The notes under the pieces: generated by a model
Database searches by the model: none
Told to the model about the DNA's origin: nothing
Seen by the model: the letters and a program-made list of their open reading frames with translations, nothing else
DNA from: Puniceicoccaceae bacterium
GTDB taxonomy: Bacteria > Verrucomicrobiota > Verrucomicrobiia > Opitutales > JAFGAQ01
NCBI GenBank assembly: GCA_028285755.1
Contig: JANQOQ010000006.1
Span: forward strand, 966,160-1,030,159
Direction: 5' to 3'
DNA length: 64,000 bases
Translations under genes and position numbers: made by a program
Shown: positions 9,100 through 16,508 of the stretch, in pieces
Layout of the letters: the number at the start of each line of letters is the position of its first letter
Position numbering within the stretch: position 1 is the stretch's first letter

Positions 9100-9597
9100 T
9101 TATCGATTAACCGCGTTGATATCCGCCATTGCAGTATCCGCAGTGTCCGCATCGATGCTGGCCAGATATTTGTTGTAGCGATTGAGACCTTCACCGATCA
9201 ATGCCAGGCCTCCAAAATTTTTCTTGGTCAATACTTCGTAGTCTTCACGGTCGTTATTATCTCCCTTGGTCACCCAGGTTCCGCCACGGTAGCGCTTAAC
9301 GATGCGGTGGATAACGTTGTAGCCGCGCTTACTTTTAATAATGACTACGTCGCCGATGCGAATTTTGCGATAAGGATAAGCTTTGTAGATTACAGCAATG
9401 TCTCCATTCTTTAATATGGGAAGCATGCTTTGACCACTGATGCGGGTGTATTGATAATCGGCTGAGTTAACCTTACGGTCAGTAGCCTCGATATTAAATA
9501 CCGGGCTAAAAATTGCAGCGAACAGAAATGCAATTGTCAGAGTGCGAAATTTGAAGAAGCGAGAAAGAGTTTTCATAGAAGCAATCATTTTAATCAT
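9100..9597 (-). CDS. Signal peptidase I, SipW/archaeal-ER (S26B) type
   Basis: N-terminal membrane anchor, then 'SGQSMLP' (nucleophile Ser), 'VIHRIV' (His general base, as in the S26B type) and 'TKGDNN'. Confidence 0.7.
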   Translation of the reverse strand: MIKMIASMKTLSRFFKFRTLTIAFLFAAIFSPVFNIEATDRKVNSADYQYTRISGQSMLPILKNGDIAVIYKAYPYRKIRIGDVVIIKSKRGYNVIHRIVKRYRGGTWVTKGDNNDREDYEVLTKKNFGGLALIGEGLNRYNKYLASIDADTADTAMADINAVNR

Positions 9598-9851
9598 CCC
9601 CTTGATTATCGTGCTTCCTCCTAAAAGATGCTCTGAACTTTCGATTTTTTACATTTCGTAAATTATTGGATCTGTTATTTTACAATCCCTTGATAAATGC
9701 CTCTTTTTCTTAATTTTTCTTTTACATTAAGCCTGCATGTCCCGTCAGAATTTGCTGTAATTTTATTTACATTTGTAAATACTTGTGCTTTCTGACCGAT
9801 GTTATCAATTGCATGAGCTATTGTATCTTTTAATGAGCACCTTCACCCAAC

Positions 9852-10352
9852 ATGGATAAAAACAAAGCATGGATTGGTGTGGATCTGGATGGGACTCTGG
9901 CCTACCACAATAAATTTAGAGGGGCAGACCACATTGGTAAGCCTATCCCGATTATGCTCTATCGCGTGCGTAAATGGGTAGAAAAAGGCTACACGATTAA
10001 AATCGTAACCGCCCGAGCAAGTGAGCCTGAGCATATCCCCCCTGTAAAGGCCTGGCTCAAGAAATATGGGCTCGAAGAGCTCGAGGTTACCAGTTCCAAA
10101 GATTATGACATGCTTGAACTTTGGGATGATCGTGCGGTGCGTGTCATGGCAAATACCGGAAATCCGATTATCTATCCATCGGTTCTGGGCTTACCCAGGG
10201 CTCCGCTCGTTGAGTTTGATGAAGTCTACCTGAATAAAAATAAGTCCAAGCGTACACCCGCATATATCAAGGGCGAGAAGTTGACCGCTGAAAAAATGCC
10301 AAACGCTTTCCAGCGATTTTTCGGCAAGCTATTTGGTAAAAAACAGGATTAG
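9852..10352 (+). CDS. HAD-superfamily phosphatase-like protein
   Basis: Motif I 'GVDLDGTL' lies close to the N-terminus and 'KIVTARAS' (motif II-like) follows. Small, cap-less architecture. Confidence 0.55.
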   Translation: MDKNKAWIGVDLDGTLAYHNKFRGADHIGKPIPIMLYRVRKWVEKGYTIKIVTARASEPEHIPPVKAWLKKYGLEELEVTSSKDYDMLELWDDRAVRVMANTGNPIIYPSVLGLPRAPLVEFDEVYLNKNKSKRTPAYIKGEKLTAEKMPNAFQRFFGKLFGKKQD

Positions 10353-10354
10353 GC

Positions 10355-10771
10355 TCAACCCCCTTCCAATACCAGGATCAGGTTGCCACCCTGATAGCGA
10401 GGCCCTCCTAAAATAACTGGCGAATTTCGCCTGAGCGTAGAACGAGTATGGATCAATACATCGTCCCTGCGCATCCACTTGATATCCAAGGGAATACTGT
10501 CACCATTACTTCCACTGGAATTCAGCTGAACCCGATAGCCATTACCCAAATTCATCGTACCCGGAACTCCGGAGCTCCCACGCCCAATCGAACGAAAGCT
10601 ATCGAAGTTGAGCCTCCGCAATTGGCGTTCGTATTTTTTCAGTGAAGATTCTACGCCGCTTCCGTCATTGGTCGCCAGGATCAAGGTACCGCGAACATTC
10701 GCCGCTTCAATATCAATCGACGAGAGCCCGAGTGTAAATAAGAGTGTTAGTAGCCAAATTGTTGTTTTCAT
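10355..10771 (-). CDS. Secreted hypothetical protein (signal peptide), co-transcribed with the ECF sigma factor
   Basis: 138 aa. N-terminal 'MKTTIWLLTLLFTLGLSSIDIEA' looks like a signal peptide. The start lies 3 nt after the sigma-factor stop. No family recognised. Confidence 0.6.
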   Translation of the reverse strand: MKTTIWLLTLLFTLGLSSIDIEAANVRGTLILATNDGSGVESSLKKYERQLRRLNFDSFRSIGRGSSGVPGTMNLGNGYRVQLNSSGSNGDSIPLDIKWMRRDDVLIHTRSTLRRNSPVILGGPRYQGGNLILVLEGG

Positions 10772-10773
10772 TA

Positions 10774-11400
10774 TTATTTAAATTCCTCCAAATCCTTTTG
10801 GATCGCCTTGCGAGCATTAAAAATACGCGACATTACAGTACCAATTTTACAGTTCATAATATCTGCTATTTCTTCATATGACAATCCTTCAATTTCTCTC
10901 AATACTAATGCTGTTCGGTGATTTTCGTTTAATTTTTCGATGGCCATCTGGAAACGCTCCATAATCTCCGCACTTTTTAGGGACGCTACCGGATTTTCAT
11001 CTATATTATCTGACGTAAGTTGTATCGTTTTTATTTCATCATCTTGCTCACTCGCATCAATGGAATCCAGTTTTTGATGCTTCTTATTAGCCCTGACAAA
11101 ATCGAGTGCGGCAAAAGTAGCGATACGATAAAGCCAGGTGCTGAATGCTGAATTTCCCTGAAACGAATCAAGCTTTTTCCAGACTTTTACCCACACTTGC
11201 TGGGTAACTTCCTGCGCATTGTCTTCATGTCTGAGCACACCAAACACGGTTCGGTACACACGACTGTAATGATGATTGAAAAGCCGCTTAAACGCTTGTT
11301 GGTCACCCGCTTGTGCAGCGGCCACCCATTGCGCTTCATTCTCGAGTTTTGAGCTTTCAGTCATCATGCCGAGAGTTAAGAAATTATAGACGTTGCGCAA
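10774..11400 (-). CDS. ECF-type RNA polymerase sigma-70 family factor
   Basis: Region 2 reads 'AQEVTQQVWVKVWKKLDSFQGNSAFSTWLYRIATFAALDFVR'. Region 4 reads 'HRTALVLREIEGLSYEEIADIMNCKIGTVMSRIFNARKAI'. The true start may be an internal Met (approx. 11367). Confidence 0.9.
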   Translation of the reverse strand: MRNVYNFLTLGMMTESSKLENEAQWVAAAQAGDQQAFKRLFNHHYSRVYRTVFGVLRHEDNAQEVTQQVWVKVWKKLDSFQGNSAFSTWLYRIATFAALDFVRANKKHQKLDSIDASEQDDEIKTIQLTSDNIDENPVASLKSAEIMERFQMAIEKLNENHRTALVLREIEGLSYEEIADIMNCKIGTVMSRIFNARKAIQKDLEEFK

Positions 11401-11406
11401 ACGAAT

Positions 11407-12330
11407 TTATTCACTCAAATCGTGCAAACCACGTTTCAGTTCATTCAATAATTCTTGCGCCTCAGCAAGTCTGACTTCTCGAAAATGAATCAAATCACCA
11501 GCCTTTTTTTGCGCCAACAGGGGAATATCTGCAGCGATCACATTTGCAATCCGGGGGTAACCACCCGTAGTCTGACGGTCTGCCATTAGCACGATTGGCT
11601 GCCCATCAGCTGGCACTTGAATGGTGCCAAGACTGGTTCCGGAGCTGATCATCGATTGTGCGCGCTTCAGCTCGAGGGTTTCTCCACTCAGTCGATATGC
11701 CATGCGGTCTGATTCCGGCAGAATTTTGTAGGCAGTATTCAAGAAATGCGATAATGCGTGTGTCTTAAAAGCGCTGGCCTCGGGGCCTGCCATAACGCGG
11801 ATTTCCTGTCGTTGGTAAACGTACGGTTCAGGTTCTGTAAATTGAATCAGTTTATGGTCAGAAGATCCTATGCTTAATATATCTCCTGCTTTCAGTCTTC
11901 TGCCTTCAAGGCCACCCAACTTTGCCGACAAATAAGTGGACTTGCTCCCCAAAACATTCGGCACCTGAATGCCGCCCGCAAACGCAAGGTAGCCCCTGCA
12001 CCCTTCAATAAGCCTCCCAAAGCCCAGGACATCTCCCTTGCGGACCTGACAGGCACGATTCCTCTCAATAGGTTCGCCGTTAAGTACCGGGTGCATATCC
12101 GCCCCCGTGATTGCGAATGATACTTCATTTTCAAAAAACAAAGTCGGCCCGGTGTAGGTAAACTCGAGGCATGCAGCGGAGGCTACATTGCCAACCCGGT
12201 GATTTGCCAACGCAGCCGCGTGCCAGTCCATAGCACCCCCCACAGGCATCCCAAATCGTTGATAGTTGGGCCGGCCCACGTCCTGGATAGTAGTAAAAAT
12301 ACCTGGTTTCTGAACTTGTATCCTACTCAT
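11407..12330 (-). CDS. pxpC: 5-oxoprolinase subunit C (KipA / allophanate hydrolase subunit 2 family)
   Basis: 'QDVGRPNYQRFGMPVGGAMD' and 'TTGGYPRIANVIAADIPLLAQ' match the PxpC family. The ATG at 12330 overlaps the pxpB stop in an ATGAGTAG arrangement. Confidence 0.85.
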   Translation of the reverse strand: MSRIQVQKPGIFTTIQDVGRPNYQRFGMPVGGAMDWHAAALANHRVGNVASAACLEFTYTGPTLFFENEVSFAITGADMHPVLNGEPIERNRACQVRKGDVLGFGRLIEGCRGYLAFAGGIQVPNVLGSKSTYLSAKLGGLEGRRLKAGDILSIGSSDHKLIQFTEPEPYVYQRQEIRVMAGPEASAFKTHALSHFLNTAYKILPESDRMAYRLSGETLELKRAQSMISSGTSLGTIQVPADGQPIVLMADRQTTGGYPRIANVIAADIPLLAQKKAGDLIHFREVRLAEAQELLNELKRGLHDLSE

Positions 12331-13018
12331 CGCCCGCACGCTGGATTTCAGTAAATTCAGCTCCGGAAATAGCCCGAAACTTAATAATATCTCCTGCCTT
12401 TAAGAGGAAAGGTTCACCAAAAACAGGATCGAATAAACGAACGGGGGTGCGCCCGATGATGCGCCACCCTCCCGGACTATCCAGCGGATAAATGCCCGTC
12501 TGACTTCCCGCTATCCCAACGGATCCAGCAGGGATGCGTATGCGGGGTGTTTTCAAACGCTCTGCATGCAATCGTTGATCCAAACCACCCAGGTAGGCAA
12601 AGCCGGGCATAAACCCAATCATGTAAACCCGGTATTGCTGACCCGAGTGAATCTCACAAATTTCCTGAGGGCTCATGCCTTTCTCTATTGCCAACTCCTC
12701 AAGATCCATTGCCATTTCACCCCCGTAGCGAACTGGTATTTCTACAATTTCGCCGTCGGGTTGATGATTGAATTCCATGCCCGCTTCACAGCTTTTTAGG
12801 AGCTGTAATAGTTCAACATACTGAATAACCGAAGGGTCATAATGTACGACCAGATCACAGTAGGCAGGCACCACCTCTATGATCCCTCTCTGCCCCGATG
12901 CCTCGATCATCCGCTTCAATCCCATCACATTAGAATGATTCTCTTCGGAAATGGAATCTCCCACCTGGATGATAAAGGCGCTGTCACCAAGAGGCATGTA
13001 CCTAAATGCACTATTCAT
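12323..13018 (-). CDS. pxpB: 5-oxoprolinase subunit B (KipI / allophanate hydrolase subunit 1 family)
   Basis: 'YRVYMIGFMPGFAYLGGLD...RIPAGSVGIAGSQTGIYP' matches the family. I prefer the start at 13018 (MNSAFRYMPLGD), which overlaps the pxpA stop by 8 nt (ATGAATAG). Confidence 0.85.
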   Translation of the reverse strand: MNSAFRYMPLGDSAFIIQVGDSISEENHSNVMGLKRMIEASGQRGIIEVVPAYCDLVVHYDPSVIQYVELLQLLKSCEAGMEFNHQPDGEIVEIPVRYGGEMAMDLEELAIEKGMSPQEICEIHSGQQYRVYMIGFMPGFAYLGGLDQRLHAERLKTPRIRIPAGSVGIAGSQTGIYPLDSPGGWRIIGRTPVRLFDPVFGEPFLLKAGDIIKFRAISGAEFTEIQRAGDE

Positions 13019-13736
13019 AGTGATTGAGCTTATCCCTGACTGCCCGGGCAATTTCAAACGCGTTTGGGTTATCGCCATGCAGGCAAAGAGTATCCACATC
13101 CAGCTTCAACTGCCCGCCATCCAAGGTATCGACTTTCCGATTTTTCAGCCACTGGCTAAGTTGGGTGAGCACAGCTTCGACATCGGTGATCACCGATTGC
13201 ACCATATCTCTCGTAGCCAAATTGCCATCGGATAAATAGCGACGGTCCAAAAACCCTTCCCGCGAGGTTCGATGGCTACGTTCCTGCGCAGATGCAAGTA
13301 GCTTTGATTGGGGACTAGATACGATGATAATATCCAAACTCAAATCCTCAATGACATCCAGAAACCAGTGGCTCAGTTCCTCGTTCTTACTGAGATCATG
13401 ATATAAAGCCCCATGAGGTTTGATGTGATTTAAAGGCACATTCAAACGCTTCATAATCCGAATAAACACGCCCAACTGATCCCTCATGGATTTCTGAAAA
13501 GCCTGCCTGTCCATGTGTATCGAAACTCTTCCGAAATGCTCACGATCCGGATATGAGGGGTGGGCGCCTATCTTTACCTGATTTAAAAGAGCAGCTTTAG
13601 CAGACATCAATAGGGTATCAGGATCGCCCGCATGCGCACCGCAGGCAATATTAGCCCAGTCGATAAAGGGCATTAACCTTTCATCCACCTCGTCCAATCC
13701 TTCACCGACATCTGCATTTATGTAGGGTAAACTCAT
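13011..13736 (-). CDS. pxpA: 5-oxoprolinase subunit A (LamB/YcsF family)
   Basis: N-terminal 'INADVGEG' and 'NIACGAHAGDP', then 'IKPHGALY' and 'LCLHGDNP', match the LamB/YcsF pattern. Confidence 0.9.
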   Translation of the reverse strand: MSLPYINADVGEGLDEVDERLMPFIDWANIACGAHAGDPDTLLMSAKAALLNQVKIGAHPSYPDREHFGRVSIHMDRQAFQKSMRDQLGVFIRIMKRLNVPLNHIKPHGALYHDLSKNEELSHWFLDVIEDLSLDIIIVSSPQSKLLASAQERSHRTSREGFLDRRYLSDGNLATRDMVQSVITDVEAVLTQLSQWLKNRKVDTLDGGQLKLDVDTLCLHGDNPNAFEIARAVRDKLNHYE

Positions 13737-13875
13737 CTCAATTTGCTCAAGATTGCTATTTACAAGCCGTAAACGAATTTCATATTAAAGGAGTGCTGTT
13801 GTTTTTATTGAGTTCGTTTGTCGATCACAACCATTAAGAGAGAAAACCCGAGAATCAATCCCGCACTGCTAAGCT

Positions 13876-14157
13876 ATGGACCTATTTGCAGAAGTATTCG
13901 TATTTGCATCCATTATTTATGCAGTTATTGGTTTCAGCTTCTACATCCTGTTCATCATATATGGCATCCACTATGTCGATCCCGGGGCAAAGGATTCGAC
14001 AATCTACTTTAAGCTATTCATACTACCGGGTTTAATCTTGTTTTGGCCTTTATTCGCGATGCGCTGGATTATTCGTGTAAATCCACCCCCCGTAGAAAAA
14101 AATGCACACCGCGAAGCGGCAAAGACATACCACAAGCATACCCATAATAAAGCCTGA
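13876..14157 (+). CDS. Small integral membrane protein (unknown family)
   Basis: 93 aa with two or three hydrophobic helices and a basic C-terminal tail. First gene of a tightly packed four-gene set. Confidence 0.55.
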   Translation: MDLFAEVFVFASIIYAVIGFSFYILFIIYGIHYVDPGAKDSTIYFKLFILPGLILFWPLFAMRWIIRVNPPPVEKNAHREAAKTYHKHTHNKA

Positions 14158-14163
14158 TATTTT

Positions 14164-14664
14164 ATGATACGCCCTTTGAGAAGACGGCATTTACTTTTTG
14201 CCGTGCTGATGTTGCTAAGCCTCCCGCTCTTAGTGGTATTTTCCTTCTTTAAGCACCGAAGCAATGGGGTCGTTGAAAACCAAATCGAAAATCTGCTCAA
14301 TGCTGAAATCGAAGATTTTCCACTCGTAGTTTGGAATAAACCCCACCTCTGGACAAACCTGCCCGAACTTGAGACCCAGCTCCTGGCCAGTGTGGATATC
14401 GAAGCCAGGCTTGCCATCAGACTATCTTCGGTAGGTTCTGTGCATCATCCGGATATTCTGATTTACTGGTCGCCCCGTGCCTATACCACGCGCTCGGGTA
14501 TTAGCGAAAATATGCACCTGCTTGGGGTTTATCAAAACGATCTCAATCCGATATTGGAATTACCGGATGAAATTAAAGATAAAGATGGTTTTCTCATCAT
14601 GTATAGTCTAGCTATGGATGAGTTTGTATCAGAAGCCCCTTTAAATATTCCCCGAAATATGTAA
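14164..14664 (+). CDS. Membrane-anchored hypothetical protein
   Basis: 166 aa. N-terminal 'RRRHLLFAVLMLLSLPLLVVFSFF' anchor followed by a soluble domain. Starts 6 nt after the previous stop. Confidence 0.6.
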   Translation: MIRPLRRRHLLFAVLMLLSLPLLVVFSFFKHRSNGVVENQIENLLNAEIEDFPLVVWNKPHLWTNLPELETQLLASVDIEARLAIRLSSVGSVHHPDILIYWSPRAYTTRSGISENMHLLGVYQNDLNPILELPDEIKDKDGFLIMYSLAMDEFVSEAPLNIPRNM

Positions 14665-14680
14665 AGGGCGTGGTGATGTT

Positions 14681-15721
14681 ATGAGTTTCTCATATAAGGC
14701 GATAGACTGGACGCCCTTCAAGCGGGCTATTAATAACTACCTTTGGGTAGGCATATCCAGCTACCTGGCCTTATTTACCCTCGCTTCGATTCTCTTTACA
14801 CCCACCATCAGCTTAAATATTATGCTGATCCGGGCATTTGGGAGCGCCGCCTTTTTGCTACTGCACATCATCCTGGCGATTGGACCGCTATGCCGGATCG
14901 ATTCCCGGTTTCTGCCGTTACTCTATATCCGCAGGCACATGGGTGTGTCCTGCTTCATATTGGCGCTCATGCACGGTTTACTGGTGATCTTTACGCATCA
15001 TACCGGCTCCGATGTCCATCCGCTGGTCAGCGTTTTCAGCAGTGATTCCGGATCGACTATTTCCACTTTCCCCTTTCAGGCCTTTGGTGCGATTGCTCTG
15101 GGTATCATGCTCGTTATGGCGGCAACCAGCCATGACTTCTGGCTGAAAAACTTATCAGCACCCATATGGAAAAGCCTGCACATGCTCGTCTACATTGCTT
15201 ATATCTGCATTATCATTCATGTGACGATGGGCATCCTGCAAACTGAAAACAGTATCGTGTATTTTCTGCTCATTTTTGCCGGAGTTACCACCCTGTGCAC
15301 ATTACACGTATATGCTGCAATTAAGGAATTCCGCACTGACTTTACCGCAAAAACCAATTCTGATGGGGATCTCGTGGAAACCTTTCCGGTGGAAGATATA
15401 CCCGAGGATCGTGCCCGTATCATCAATCTCCATGGCGAACGTGTAGCCATCTTTAAGCACGATGGCAAAATCTACGCTGTCTCAAATGTATGCCAGCATC
15501 AGAATGGCCCTTTGGGCGAAGGTAAGATCATTAACGGGTGTATTACATGCCCATGGCATGGGATGCAGTATCACCCGGAAAATGGCTGTGCCAAAGAACC
15601 CAGCACTGAGAAAATCCCCACTTTTAACACCGTCATCAAGGACGGGGTCGTCTGGGTGGACCATAAACCGAATCTCCCCGGTAGCCCGGTAAAACCCGCT
15701 GTTATCCATGAAGCCCATTGA
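14681..15721 (+). CDS. Ferric-reductase-type (MsrQ/YedZ-like) multi-pass heme-b membrane domain fused to a Rieske [2Fe-2S] domain
   Basis: About six hydrophobic helices with intramembrane His residues ('LLLHIILAIGPL', 'LALMHGLLVIFTHH', 'IIIHVTMG'). The C-terminus carries a canonical Rieske motif, 'CQH-x16-CPWH' (CQHQNGPLGEGKIINGCITCPWHGMQY). Confidence 0.75.
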   Translation: MSFSYKAIDWTPFKRAINNYLWVGISSYLALFTLASILFTPTISLNIMLIRAFGSAAFLLLHIILAIGPLCRIDSRFLPLLYIRRHMGVSCFILALMHGLLVIFTHHTGSDVHPLVSVFSSDSGSTISTFPFQAFGAIALGIMLVMAATSHDFWLKNLSAPIWKSLHMLVYIAYICIIIHVTMGILQTENSIVYFLLIFAGVTTLCTLHVYAAIKEFRTDFTAKTNSDGDLVETFPVEDIPEDRARIINLHGERVAIFKHDGKIYAVSNVCQHQNGPLGEGKIINGCITCPWHGMQYHPENGCAKEPSTEKIPTFNTVIKDGVVWVDHKPNLPGSPVKPAVIHEAH

Positions 15722-16508
15722 GCCCAGAGACGATAAGGATCAGGAATTTTTCATTGGGTGGGAGCAAAAAGTGCCCCCCAGGCAGAAAAAGTTCCTTTAT
15801 AATCGGCTCATCGGTATTTTCACATTTGCATTCCTGGTTGCGATTCTTCTGCCGGCGTTACAGGTGCACTACTCACAGTCCTTCCACTACAAGAATCGAC
15901 TCGTTAATCTGGAAGGTTACTTTACAAAAAATCCGCTGCCATCCCTACTCGTAAAGCGGCCCGGAGGTATCGGTGAAGAGATTCCATCCTATTCAATATA
16001 CTATTTATCCTACCCTCAAAAGCGGGCCATACCGCTTGAAGTGGCCGATATGTATGACAGCCAATGGGTAAGTCTGCGGGGGACACTTTTATTTAACCAA
16101 TCGGATACAATGATTGAGGTTCAGCCCCGCTCAATCGATGTAATCAACTATTACGAAAATACGCCCCCACGCCCAATCATACCGGAGAAGTCTCTGGGGA
16201 TCCATGAGCTAAAAGGGGAATTGCTAGCGAGCAAAACATATCTGGGTGCTACGAATCCCGGCTATGGAAAAGCCCTGCGCGCATCCTCTGTGCTGCACGT
16301 TACCGGGGGAATCGCGCCAATGCTTGTGATCAATTTACCGGAAGATACTACCCACGAATTTATATTAATCGGTGAGAATAATATACCGATCGAGGCCATA
16401 GCGCCCTATGTGGGCACTGAAGTGAAAATCAAGGGCGAGGTGATCGTATGGGGGGATAAGCTGGTGCTCAAAACCAACCTCACCATGATCAACGGCGGCC
16501 AATCTTAA
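15708..16508 (+). CDS. Membrane-anchored hypothetical protein (unknown family)
   Basis: 266 aa with one TM ('LIGIFTFAFLVAILLPAL') and then a probable beta-rich extracytoplasmic domain. The start overlaps the previous gene by 14 nt. Confidence 0.6.
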   Translation: MKPIEPRDDKDQEFFIGWEQKVPPRQKKFLYNRLIGIFTFAFLVAILLPALQVHYSQSFHYKNRLVNLEGYFTKNPLPSLLVKRPGGIGEEIPSYSIYYLSYPQKRAIPLEVADMYDSQWVSLRGTLLFNQSDTMIEVQPRSIDVINYYENTPPRPIIPEKSLGIHELKGELLASKTYLGATNPGYGKALRASSVLHVTGGIAPMLVINLPEDTTHEFILIGENNIPIEAIAPYVGTEVKIKGEVIVWGDKLVLKTNLTMINGGQS

